In this document: positions 17,830-26,581 of the stretch, one piece after another
Numbering within the stretch: position 1 is the first letter of the stretch
How the letters are laid out: the number at the start of each line of letters is the position of its first letter
Virus record (IMG/VR): IMGVR_UViG_3300042504_002530
Location: 1-62,084 of that record
Length of the DNA: 62,084 bases
Direction: 5' to 3' (one strand)
Source: a virus
Lineage: Duplodnaviria; Caudoviricetes
Position numbers and translations under genes: made by a program
The notes under the pieces: generated by a model
The model's database searches: none
What the model was told of the DNA's origin: nothing
The model's input: the letters and a program-made list of their open reading frames with translations, nothing else

Positions 17830-18544
17830 GCAACTGCGCGACGATAGCGCGTATTATGGAGAAATCGGTAGCGCCCTCATGTCCAATTCGGACGTGGGGG
17901 TGTTGCTCGACAACCCGAAGAACTTCGGGAAGGCGAAGGAAAAGACCAAGGCAATGCTCGAAGGCTCCTACCTGCACGCGCTTCTTATTGAGCCGGCCAA
18001 GGCAGAGGCTTTTCAAATCGTTGACGCGACAACCCGGAACACCAAAGAGTATAAGGCAAAGATTGTTGATAGTGGACAAGAGATACTACTTCTACGCGAC
18101 GAAGCCGAAGAACTAAAACTTTTGGCTCAGTCGTTCCGCGCCAATTACAACGCAAGCGAACTTATCTACAACCTATCGGCTGAATACGAGCAACCCATGA
18201 TAGGCGAGGTCAATGGTATGTTGTTCAAGGGCAAGGCGGACGTGGTAACGGACGAGTATATCATTGACATCAAGACCACTTCGTCGTTATTGGACTTCAA
18301 GTTCAGCGCCAAGAAATACCACTACGATAGCCAAGCGTATATCTATTCAACCATTCTAAACAAGCCAATAAAGTTTGTGGTTATTGATAAAACAACGCAT
18401 CTTGTTGGTATCTTTAATACTTCGGAAGAGTTCTTATTGCGTGGAAGCGCAAAGGTCGACAAGGCCATAGACATCTACGAGGAATACTACGGAGAAAACC
18501 CCACAGGAAATATCAGCCAATTAACAATTTTCGAAACCATCTAA
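17774..18544 (+). CDS. PD-(D/E)XK exonuclease (RecE/DUF3799-like)
   Basis: GSYLHALLIEP, KGKAD, IIDIKTT, YDSQAYIY. Confidence 0.88.
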   Translation: MSNLKLRQSSAKSTQALIEQLRDDSAYYGEIGSALMSNSDVGVLLDNPKNFGKAKEKTKAMLEGSYLHALLIEPAKAEAFQIVDATTRNTKEYKAKIVDSGQEILLLRDEAEELKLLAQSFRANYNASELIYNLSAEYEQPMIGEVNGMLFKGKADVVTDEYIIDIKTTSSLLDFKFSAKKYHYDSQAYIYSTILNKPIKFVVIDKTTHLVGIFNTSEEFLLRGSAKVDKAIDIYEEYYGENPTGNISQLTIFETI

Positions 18545-18558
18545 AAAAAACAAAGACA

Positions 18559-18840
18559 ATGAGTGAAGACAAAATTTTTAGCAAGGGTATCTTCTTTAAG
18601 AACCCATCAGACACCGCCCCAAGTTTTGTTGTGGGCAAAATCAAGTTCAAGGTCGATGAGGCCATTCAGTTCCTATCGGAGCATCAAAAGGAGGGGTGGG
18701 TGACTTTGGACGTCAAAAATTCAAAAGGTGGCAAGGTTTACTGCGAGCTTGACACTTATGTGCCAAGAAATATGACAGATTCTGCGTCGAGTTCCGGGGC
18801 CAATCCGTCAAGCAACAGCACAGACGAAGCGCCTTATTAA
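18559..18840 (+). CDS. Putative ssDNA-binding protein
   Basis: Small beta-rich protein with an acidic/aromatic tail (DEAPY), following Sak and the exonuclease. Confidence 0.55.
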   Translation: MSEDKIFSKGIFFKNPSDTAPSFVVGKIKFKVDEAIQFLSEHQKEGWVTLDVKNSKGGKVYCELDTYVPRNMTDSASSSGANPSSNSTDEAPY

Positions 18841-18893
18841 TAGGTACTTAGGGGTTTTCAACAAGGGGGGTGTCCGAACACCCCCCTTTTTTT

Positions 18894-19050
18894 ATGTCGA
18901 AATTCAGATTTTTTTGGCCGCTTACTCTTATCTATATATTATTTTTAAGACTTTCTCCCGAAAAAATCATAGGAAAAAAAACGACATAATTGACATCTAA
19001 TTGATTATCAGCAAGAAAAACTGGAATAAAACGACATTAAAACGACACAA
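18894..19050. repeat. Dispersed AT-rich repeat, copy 2; candidate replication origin
   Basis: Similar to 6131-6290; AAAACGACA(T/C) iterons; directly upstream of the primase-helicase. Confidence 0.65.
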
Positions 19051-21468
19051 ATGACAAAAATCGTCACCATCTTCAAAAACATACACGAAACAAATACCCC
19101 ATTTCACAAGGAGATTGGCTTTATTCTTGAAAGGATTAAAAACGGCGCATCGGCTGAACTTGTCAAGAAGATTCGGGCGGAAAAGAGAAAGAACGACAGA
19201 AACGAACTCAAGAAGCACCTCCCCTCAATATGCTTTTCGGGCAAGTTTGCAAAAAGGAGCGATGACGCCATCATAGAGCATAGCGGGCTTATATGTTTGG
19301 ACTTTGACAATTACGAAGCCCCGAAGAGCATGCTCAGCGACCGGCAGGCCCTCATGCGGGATAAGTACGTTTACTCCGTCTTTACGAGCCCGTCAGGCGA
19401 TGGCCTGAAGGTATTGGTGCGAGTACCGCCGGATATTGAGAATCACAAGGCGTTCTTCAATTCTTTGGAGAATCACTTTGCGAACCCGCACTTTGACAAG
19501 ACGTCTTCAAACATCAGCCGTGTATGCTACGAGTCACACGACCCGCACATCTACATCAACGAGGACGCGCTTGTTTGGGAGAACATGGAGGAGCGCGAGC
19601 GAGAGCAACACACCGGCCAAATAGGCTTGCCGACGATACCAATGAGGGACGAGAACAAGATTTGCGAGATTTTGTTAAAGTGGTGGACGAACAAGTACCC
19701 CATGGTTGAGGGCGTCCGAAACCAACACGCTTACGTTCTTGCCGCGGCGCTCAATGACTTTGGCATAGCCAAGTCTTTAGCCATGCACATCCTACTTCAG
19801 TATGCGAGCTCCGACTTCAAGCAGGGCGAGATAAAGCGAACGATTGATAGCGCGTATTCTCAGACGCAGAACTTCGGCACAAAGTACTACGAGGACGATG
19901 AGCGCATGAGTGAGATTCGGTCTTCATTTCGAAGGGGCGTACCAAAAAAAGAACTGCGGGCTCAATTAGAGAGCGACGAGGTTGACCCCGCGACCATCGA
20001 TACCGTGCTTGAGCAATTAAGCCAGTCCGTCGTAAAGTTTTGGGAGAAGAGCGGGAAGAACAATACCGTTAAGATTATCCACATTGCATTCAAGAAATTC
20101 CTAGAAGAAAACGGGTTCTACAAGTATAGCCCCGAAGGTTCTGTTTCGTGCATCTTCGTGCGAGTCACTTACAACCTTATTGAGCATACGAGCGAGAAGC
20201 AAATAAAAGACTTCGTGTTGGACTACCTGTACGAGATTGGCGACATGGACGTCTACAACTATTTTGCTGAAAACACGAAATACTTTAAGGAGGACTTTCT
20301 GTCTTTGCTTGCGAGTATCAATGTTCACTTGGTTGAGGACACCAAAGACACGGCGTTCTTGTATTACAACAACTGCGCCGTAAAAATCACCAAAGAGGGC
20401 GTGTTCATGATTGACTATTTTGACTTGGGTGGGTATGTATGGAAAGAGCACATAATACCTAGGAACTTTGTTTACGACCCGGAAGAAAAACCAACTGACT
20501 TTAGGAAATTCGTTCACAACATTTGCCGAGCAGAACCCGAGCGAATAAAATCCATGGAGTCAACCATAGGATTTTTACTACACGGGTATAAGAACTTAGG
20601 ATTTTGCCCTGCGGTTATTTTAAATGACGAGGAAATCAGCGACAACCCCGAGGGCGGAACGGGCAAAGGATTATTTATGACGGGCATTGGAAAGCTGAAA
20701 AAGCTTGTCACGATTGACGGCAAGGCGTTTAACTTTGAGAAATCATTTGCTTATCAGTTGGTTAGCGCGGATACCCAAATCATATCGTTCGACGACACCC
20801 GAAAGAACTTTGACTTTGAGCGATTGTTCTCTGTAATCACGGAAGGATTGACGCTCGAGAAGAAGAACAAAGACGCTATCAAGATACCTTTCTCACGTTC
20901 TCCTAAAATATCCATAACAACAAATTATGCAATTAAGGGCGCGGGAAATTCGTTTGCGAGAAGGAAATGGGAACTTGAACTTCATCAGCATTACACAAAG
21001 GAGTTCACGCCGCTTGACGAGTTCGGGAAACTTATGTTCAGCGATTGGAATGAAGAGGAGTGGAATGCGTTTGACAATTACATGATAAAGAACTTGATGA
21101 ATTACCTAACCACGGGGCTTGTCAAGAGTGGCTTTGTCAACCTCAAGACGCGCCAGTTTTCGGCAGAAACTTGCCATGAGTTTCTTGAGTGGTGTGGAGT
21201 TCTGCAAGGACATACCGAGAACCAACTGCTTGCCGCGAATCAGCGCATCTACAAGCAGAGTCTTTACGATGACTTCGTTAACGACAACCCCGACTTTGGG
21301 CCTAAGTCTAAACTTACCATCAGCAGAACGCGTTTTTATCGTTGGCTTTCTTCCTATGGGGTTTACCGATATGGCGTTGCGCCGGAGGAGGGAAGAGATT
21401 TAATGGGTCGATATATTATTTATCACGATAGGCCCGCATCTTTACACAATGAAACCCCACCTTTTTAA
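19051..21468 (+). CDS. Primase-helicase (BT4734/VirE-N primase, PriCT, P-loop helicase)
   Basis: HSGLICLDFD, FTSPSGDGLK, SRVCYESHDP, GVRN (PriCT), GGTGKGL Walker A. Confidence 0.9.
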   Translation: MTKIVTIFKNIHETNTPFHKEIGFILERIKNGASAELVKKIRAEKRKNDRNELKKHLPSICFSGKFAKRSDDAIIEHSGLICLDFDNYEAPKSMLSDRQALMRDKYVYSVFTSPSGDGLKVLVRVPPDIENHKAFFNSLENHFANPHFDKTSSNISRVCYESHDPHIYINEDALVWENMEEREREQHTGQIGLPTIPMRDENKICEILLKWWTNKYPMVEGVRNQHAYVLAAALNDFGIAKSLAMHILLQYASSDFKQGEIKRTIDSAYSQTQNFGTKYYEDDERMSEIRSSFRRGVPKKELRAQLESDEVDPATIDTVLEQLSQSVVKFWEKSGKNNTVKIIHIAFKKFLEENGFYKYSPEGSVSCIFVRVTYNLIEHTSEKQIKDFVLDYLYEIGDMDVYNYFAENTKYFKEDFLSLLASINVHLVEDTKDTAFLYYNNCAVKITKEGVFMIDYFDLGGYVWKEHIIPRNFVYDPEEKPTDFRKFVHNICRAEPERIKSMESTIGFLLHGYKNLGFCPAVILNDEEISDNPEGGTGKGLFMTGIGKLKKLVTIDGKAFNFEKSFAYQLVSADTQIISFDDTRKNFDFERLFSVITEGLTLEKKNKDAIKIPFSRSPKISITTNYAIKGAGNSFARRKWELELHQHYTKEFTPLDEFGKLMFSDWNEEEWNAFDNYMIKNLMNYLTTGLVKSGFVNLKTRQFSAETCHEFLEWCGVLQGHTENQLLAANQRIYKQSLYDDFVNDNPDFGPKSKLTISRTRFYRWLSSYGVYRYGVAPEEGRDLMGRYIIYHDRPASLHNETPPF

Positions 21469-21470
21469 CT

Positions 21471-21635
21471 ATGCCTAGATACGCCGGAAACTGCAAAGAC
21501 CATGGGCTCGTTCAACATGACGCGCCACAAAAAACCTATGACCTCAAGGGGGGCGCTTACTGCCCCCTTTGCGGAACTTTACTTGAACTATCAAATCTAA
21601 AAACATGGAAGAAAGAGAAGCAAAAATCAAAATAG
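21471..21635 (+). CDS. Small zinc-ribbon protein
   Basis: Manual translation with CKDH...CPLC. Confidence 0.5.
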   Translation: MPRYAGNCKDHGLVQHDAPQKTYDLKGGAYCPLCGTLLELSNLKTWKKEKQKSK

Positions 21636-21862
21636 AGTGTATTGACAAACTTTTTCAGATATGCGGATACGAAAAGACCCACGAAGACATCGTGGATAAT
21701 CCGGATTGGAAAAAGGATTATGAAATGAACACCGACCAGTTCCATGAGTGGTGGGCGTACTGCGTCAATAAGTTCGTGCAAGAGCTTGACATGAGCTTAC
21801 AGGAAGCTCAACGAGAAGCAAGCACTTTTATCATTCAATACGGCTTTAAACTCATTCCATGA
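21605..21862 (+). CDS. Hypothetical protein
   Basis: 85-aa ORF. Confidence 0.7.
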   Translation: MEEREAKIKIECIDKLFQICGYEKTHEDIVDNPDWKKDYEMNTDQFHEWWAYCVNKFVQELDMSLQEAQREASTFIIQYGFKLIP

Positions 21863-22001
21863 TTTTTTTTATCTACCACACCCCCGAGTACATCGGGCAA
21901 GAAGAGTATGTGTATGGATACACAGTTGAACATACCATATCTTGGACTTACGCATCAACATATTTTAATGGGATTCAAAACTTCAATTACTTTTCGTACT
22001 A

Positions 22002-23255
22002 ATGATTCAACTAAGAGAATACCAAGAAGAAATATCAGACAAAGGGCTATCCATTCTTAAAACCCACGGGTTCCTTTACCTATCAATGCAGGTGAGAACC
22101 GGTAAAACATTGACCGCGCTAGCGACCTGTCACAAATTGTCATTGCAAGAAGGGGTGTCCGAACACCCCCTTAATGTTTTATTCCTGACGAAGAAGAAAG
22201 CCATTGCCGGCATTGAGAAAGACATCGCCGACTTCGGCTCGCTACTCATCAGCGTTGACGTGCTCAATTATGAATCCCTGCACAAGAGAGGGAGAAAGTG
22301 TTGGGACGTGCTTATTCTTGACGAAGCTCACGGCTTGGGCGCATTCCCGAAGCCAAGTAAGAGGGCCAAGGACGTCGGCGCCGTTATTCGGGCTTGCACC
22401 CCGAGGGTCATACTCCTGTCCGGCACACCGACTCCTGAGTCCTACTCGCAGATTTACCATCAGATGTACTGCATTCCTCGCAATCCATTTAGGGGATACA
22501 AGAACTTTTACGCATTTGCCGGGGCTTATGTGAGGGTCACATCAAGGAAAATCAATGGCTACGAGATTAAAGATTACTCGGACGCATCAAGCACGGTTAT
22601 TAACATGATGACCCCCTACACGATTTCGTACACACAAGAGCAAGCGGGCTTCAACAGCAACATCGAAGAGCGCGTGTTGACGTGCGATATGCCTGACGAA
22701 ATTGGAGGGCTTATACGCGACCTAAAGAAGCACAAAGTGGTCACGACTGACTTGGGAACAATACTTGGCGACACTTCGGTGAAGCTTATGAGCAAGGTTC
22801 ACCAGATATGCTCTGGCACGGTCATAACGGAGGAGGGCGACGCGTTAATCCTAAGCGACGCAAAGGCAAGGTTTATCAGGGACTACTTCAAGGGCAAAAA
22901 AATCGGCATCTTCTACAAGTTTAAGGCAGAGCTGACGGCGCTGAAGGGGGTGTTCAAACACACCTTGACAACCGATGTCGAAGAATTTGCCCAAACCGAT
23001 AAAAATATTGCTCTTCAGATTGTTTCCGGTCGCGAAGGCATATCTTTGAAAGACGCAGACGCATTGGTTTATTACAACATAGATTTCAGCGCAACGTCGT
23101 ATTGGCAATCAAGAGATAGAATGACGGTCTTAGGCAGGGCGGACAACAAAGTGTATTGGGTCTTCTCGAGCGGAGGCATAGAGCACAAGATTTATCAGGC
23201 GGTCGTCAAGAAGAAAGACTACACCGTGTACCACTTTAGAAACGACTTCCTATGA
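22002..23255 (+). CDS. SF2 (SNF2/DEAH-like) helicase
   Basis: LREYQ, VRTGKT, LDEAH, LSGTP, QSRDR. Confidence 0.92.
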   Translation: MIQLREYQEEISDKGLSILKTHGFLYLSMQVRTGKTLTALATCHKLSLQEGVSEHPLNVLFLTKKKAIAGIEKDIADFGSLLISVDVLNYESLHKRGRKCWDVLILDEAHGLGAFPKPSKRAKDVGAVIRACTPRVILLSGTPTPESYSQIYHQMYCIPRNPFRGYKNFYAFAGAYVRVTSRKINGYEIKDYSDASSTVINMMTPYTISYTQEQAGFNSNIEERVLTCDMPDEIGGLIRDLKKHKVVTTDLGTILGDTSVKLMSKVHQICSGTVITEEGDALILSDAKARFIRDYFKGKKIGIFYKFKAELTALKGVFKHTLTTDVEEFAQTDKNIALQIVSGREGISLKDADALVYYNIDFSATSYWQSRDRMTVLGRADNKVYWVFSSGGIEHKIYQAVVKKKDYTVYHFRNDFL

Positions 23256-23494
23256 GAGAGCAACAGATACAGACAAAACGAATCAAACAACTTGAATCGG
23301 AGGGCTATTATGTCATCAAACTTATCCGGACCAACAAAAACGGAATACCCGACCTTATCGCTATACCAAAAGGGGCAGACGTCTTGTTTAGTGAGATTAA
23401 AACCCCAAAGGGTAGGCTATCAGAAATTCAAAAATACAGAATCGCAGAATTAGAAAAACATGGACTCAAAACAGAAATCTACAAAAATGACTAA
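23252..23494 (+). CDS. VRR-NUC nuclease
   Basis: EQQIQ, GIPDL, SEIKTPKGRLS.IQ. Confidence 0.9.
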   Translation: MREQQIQTKRIKQLESEGYYVIKLIRTNKNGIPDLIAIPKGADVLFSEIKTPKGRLSEIQKYRIAELEKHGLKTEIYKND

Positions 23495-23912
23495 TGAAAT
23501 CAAGGGAATCGTAGCCGAAGCCTGTGGCTTACCGGTGGTTGTTATGGAGCAGCGCTCCGGCAAAAGGCGAGAGGTTGAAGCCAGACAGATAGCCATGTAT
23601 ATGATAAGGCGCTACCTACGGCTCAGCTACAAAGAGGTCTTGAGGTGCTTTCCGGCCTTAGAGAACCACACATCAATAGTCTACGCCATAAGAACCATTG
23701 AAGACCTAATGTCGTATGACAAAAGGATTATAGACATTACGTCTAAGATTATGGGGCGTATTTACATTGTAATTACTGCCAGCGAGGATAGGAAAAAGCT
23801 TTCGCACTATACTATATTTGATGGCAAATGCGCACACGGAATGTATGAAACCGAAAAGATGGCCTCCTCCTTCGTTGAGCCAAATCAACGCGTCATCCCC
23901 GTTTATGTATGA
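23469..23912 (+). CDS. DnaA domain IV-like HTH protein 2
   Basis: VEARQIAMYMIR...LSYKE...NHTSIVYAIRTIE closely follows DnaA C-terminal consensus. Confidence 0.8.
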   Translation, partial: KQKSTKMTNEIKGIVAEACGLPVVVMEQRSGKRREVEARQIAMYMIRRYLRLSYKEVLRCFPALENHTSIVYAIRTIEDLMSYDKRIIDITSKIMGRIYIVITASEDRKKLSHYTIFDGKCAHGMYETEKMASSFVEPNQRVIPVYV

Positions 23913-24088
23913 AAAAGGAATCCAGTAGGGTTATCCACATCAATCACACGATGGACTCCCTATATGGGTTACTAGCGGAGGTGTATGAAGAATTTATTGA
24001 CGACGAAAAAGAGGCCGCTAAAAGAGCGATACGACAACTGATAAAAGAACTGAAACAACTATCCAACTCACTAGAAGATGAAGTGTAA
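23909..24088 (+). CDS. Small helical hypothetical protein (59 aa)
   Basis: Manual translation; ATGA overlap. Confidence 0.6.
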   Translation: MKKESSRVIHINHTMDSLYGLLAEVYEEFIDDEKEAAKRAIRQLIKELKQLSNSLEDEV

Positions 24089-24167
24089 AACATGCGAATC
24101 AAGTGGGCAATGCGAATGCCCCCGGCCAGTCAACCCGGAGGTCGTTGACGGAGACGGCTCTTAGATT

Positions 24168-24569
24168 ATGGTTGCGGTCTTTCTGTTGTTAGGATTCCTA
24201 TTCATGCTTTTCAATGAAATGGAAGACGAGTGTATCCGAGGGCAATGGAGTGGTAAGTTCCAAAAATGGAACAGCATCAACTCATGGAAAAAGAAATGGG
24301 CCACAAACAAGAATGGACTGCTAAAGGTCTACAAGCCCAAGTGGTATCACTTCGGAATACGGCTACCGCAAGAGGAAAGGTTTCCTTTTAGCGCCACGTT
24401 CCTAGTATTCCTCACGGACGCTGAGCACTTCTTTCAGATGTGCAAGATAGTTGTCGCATCGGTGGCTGTCGGTGTCCTAAGCCCTATGCTTGGCGTTGCG
24501 TTCTTCGTGGGGCATTTATTTGTGGGTATTGCAAAAGAAACTTTCCTAAAGTCTTGGATTAAAGGGTAA
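24168..24569 (+). CDS. Membrane protein
   Basis: Hydrophobic segments; ERFPFSATFLVFLTDAEHFF. Confidence 0.75.
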   Translation: MVAVFLLLGFLFMLFNEMEDECIRGQWSGKFQKWNSINSWKKKWATNKNGLLKVYKPKWYHFGIRLPQEERFPFSATFLVFLTDAEHFFQMCKIVVASVAVGVLSPMLGVAFFVGHLFVGIAKETFLKSWIKG

Positions 24570-24600
24570 TCGTTTTTAACTTTCACAAAAATTAAATACT

Positions 24601-24846
24601 ATGACACACACAAGAGAACAAATCAATCGACTGAAGCACTGGAATATTGAAATCTCATTCTTTGACCGAGGATGCCTTGTCAGGGTGGGATGCAAGTCAT
24701 TTGCCTTTGAGAGCATTGAACAGGCAATGGCAGAACTTGTAGAATACACCAAAGACCCGATTGGTGTTAGCGAGAAATACGCTCCTGAAGAGTTCCCAAG
24801 GGAGCTTCGCGAATTACAGCCGGCTATATGCGAAACTCCTAGATAA
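24601..24846 (+). CDS. Hypothetical protein
   Basis: IEISFFDRGCLVRVGCKSFAF motif. Confidence 0.75.
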   Translation: MTHTREQINRLKHWNIEISFFDRGCLVRVGCKSFAFESIEQAMAELVEYTKDPIGVSEKYAPEEFPRELRELQPAICETPR

Positions 24847-24861
24847 GGCAAAGAGAACCCA

Positions 24862-24984
24862 CGTCAGGTGGCGGAATTGGCAGACGCAAGGATTATCTGA
24901 AATAAGAAAACGGTGTTGGTATGTGTAAAAAATACACCCGTAGAGAAGTCCCCCAACGTACAGGTTCGAATCCTGTCCTGACTG
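24862..24984 (+). ncRNA. tRNA-like element 3 (Leu-type D arm, long irregular arm instead of anticodon)
   Basis: GTCAGG-TGGCGGAATTGGCAGACGC ... ACAGG-TTCGAAT-CCTGT-CCTGACT-G. Confidence 0.8.
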
Positions 24985-25072
24985 CAAGGAGTGTCAACCC
25001 TCAAGTGCTGGGCAATGAAAATTGTCAGATGAGCCCATCAAAGTTGATGACACCTCGGAAAGACGAGGACAT

Positions 25073-25167
25073 AGTCAGGTGGCGCAATTGGCTAAACGCT
25101 ATACCGTTTACGGTTAGAGGCAAACGGAAATAAGTCCTTCTTACAGGTTCGAATCCTGTCCTGACTG
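25073..25167 (+). ncRNA. tRNA-like element 4
   Basis: AGTCAGG-TGGCGCAATTGGCTAAACGC ... same T arm and acceptor as element 3; different central arm. Confidence 0.8.
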
Positions 25168-25190
25168 CAAACAAATTAAAAACAAAACAA

Positions 25191-25397
25191 ATGAAAAACA
25201 AAGTTTGGAACAAAACAGTTATTGCAACTGAAGAACAAAACGTAAGCATTTATCCGACAGATGAGTTTGACGGCATTATAGTTGAAACAATGGAGTTGGA
25301 CGATAAAACATTGAATGGTAAGTTGTATCTTAACAAAGACGAAATGGAATTGTTGATTCAGAAAATGATTGAAATGATGAATTACGTAAAAAGTTAA
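25191..25397 (+). CDS. Hypothetical protein flanked by tRNA-like 3' ends
   Basis: 68-aa ORF with A-rich start. Confidence 0.75.
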   Translation: MKNKVWNKTVIATEEQNVSIYPTDEFDGIIVETMELDDKTLNGKLYLNKDEMELLIQKMIEMMNYVKS

Positions 25398-25419
25398 TCG
25401 ATTCCTGTCCTGACTACAA
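25398..25419 (+). repeat. 3' remnant of a tRNA-like element
   Basis: TCGATTCCTGTCCTGACTACAA matches the 3' ends of elements 3 and 4. Confidence 0.8.
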
Positions 25420-25453
25420 TAAAAAACAAAACCAAACCAACTAAACAAAAGAC

Positions 25454-25672
25454 ATGAAAAAGTTAATTGCAATTTTCAGCATCGGTGTATTATTGGTAAG
25501 CTGTAATGTCACCAGCCCTTCTCAAGATAAAGAGATGCTTCAAAAGAAATACCCAAAAGGTATTGTGTATTGTGTTGGCGGATGTCGATACATAGTGGTG
25601 GATTCTACAAATGTGTTGGATATTAGGGTAGAGCTAAATGGAACCATTAAGTCTACCGTGAAAATAAAATAA
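25454..25672 (+). CDS. Lipoprotein
   Basis: MKKLIAIFSIGVLLVS-C lipobox. Confidence 0.75.
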   Translation: MKKLIAIFSIGVLLVSCNVTSPSQDKEMLQKKYPKGIVYCVGGCRYIVVDSTNVLDIRVELNGTIKSTVKIK

Positions 25673-25681
25673 TAAATCCAA

Positions 25682-25917
25682 ATGAAACAAGATTTTCTAG
25701 AAAAAATGGAGCAACTTTTCCATAAAACAGCAGCAGTCGCTGGATACATAATTGCGGTTATATTCTTCTTAATGGTCATTGGACTATTTTGTAAGGGTCT
25801 TTTATTGCTTATAGAATGAACACCGAACGCATCATTGACCTGCTCATTGAAATCGGCAAGGGGATAGCCACTGCACTCTTTATCTTAATCATGCTCACAC
25901 TAATTTGGACACTATGA
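25682..25917 (+). CDS. Two tiny coupled membrane peptides (25682..25819, 25816..25917)
   Basis: Manual translation; single TM each; ATGA overlaps. Confidence 0.5.
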
Positions 25918-26132
25918 ACGGATTTAAACAATACCGAAGAAAGCACATTGCGGAACTTCGGCCTTTTCAGGAAGGCGAACAATTACCCGAAAGCGTATCA
26001 ATATCGCAGGTCGATAGGGATAATGGAAGCCCAAAGGCGGGGGACATGATTGCCCGAAACCCCAAGAACCATGACGACCAATGGCTCGTTGCAAAGCGGT
26101 ATTTTGAAGATAATTTTGAGCCATGCGACTGA
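25914..26132 (+). CDS. Conserved phage protein (FKQYRRK..AELRP...GDMIARNPKNHxDQWLV)
   Basis: Recognisable motif. Confidence 0.8.
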   Translation: MNGFKQYRRKHIAELRPFQEGEQLPESVSISQVDRDNGSPKAGDMIARNPKNHDDQWLVAKRYFEDNFEPCD

Positions 26133-26320
26133 TGTTTTTCTTTCTCCTGCTGACCGCTTGCACCAACGACCGCCCTTGGAAGGTGATTGAGGTGCGGGCC
26201 AAGGGTAACGCCTGCGAGTATGTCCTATCCCGCTCCAACGGATTTGGACCGCAGGTCAAGACCATGACCGATACCTGTGGGAGGTATCAACTTTTTCAAA
26301 CTATACGCAATCGGGTATAA
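26123..26320 (+). CDS. Lipoprotein
   Basis: MRLMFFFLLLTA-C lipobox. Confidence 0.65.
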   Translation: MRLMFFFLLLTACTNDRPWKVIEVRAKGNACEYVLSRSNGFGPQVKTMTDTCGRYQLFQTIRNRV

Positions 26321-26361
26321 TATATAGAAAAACCCAAAATCTATACGCAATCGGGTATAAT
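26301..26361. repeat. 21-bp direct repeat CTATACGCAATCGGGTATAAT x2
   Basis: At 26301 and 26341; each is an imperfect inverted repeat (TATAC..GTATA). Confidence 0.9.
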
Positions 26362-26425
26362 CGTCAGCCCCTGGTCTTACCAAAAGTCCCCCGGCGTCAG
26401 CCTATAAACTGACGAACCCAACCCC

Positions 26426-26572
26426 ATGAAAAACGAAACAATCAAAACCGAATGGAGCTTGCGCTCATGCTTCGAGCAGATGCGAGATTCGAATGGCGAT
26501 GTGATGCTAACCAAGAAGCAGCAAGAAGAAATCATTAGGCTTGTTGAAGAGCGTAACAGAAAAAACCCTTAA
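26426..26572 (+). CDS. Small hypothetical protein (48 aa)
   Basis: Manual translation. Confidence 0.5.
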   Translation: MKNETIKTEWSLRSCFEQMRDSNGDVMLTKKQQEEIIRLVEERNRKNP

Positions 26573-26581
26573 TAACAAACC

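Noticed and set aside
24862-25167. Canonical tRNA-Leu genes
   Set aside because: D and T arms fit, but no 5-bp stem/7-nt anticodon loop can be drawn and the inserts are too short for self-splicing introns
26301-26361. Mini-CRISPR
   Set aside because: Only two 21-bp copies with a 19-bp spacer
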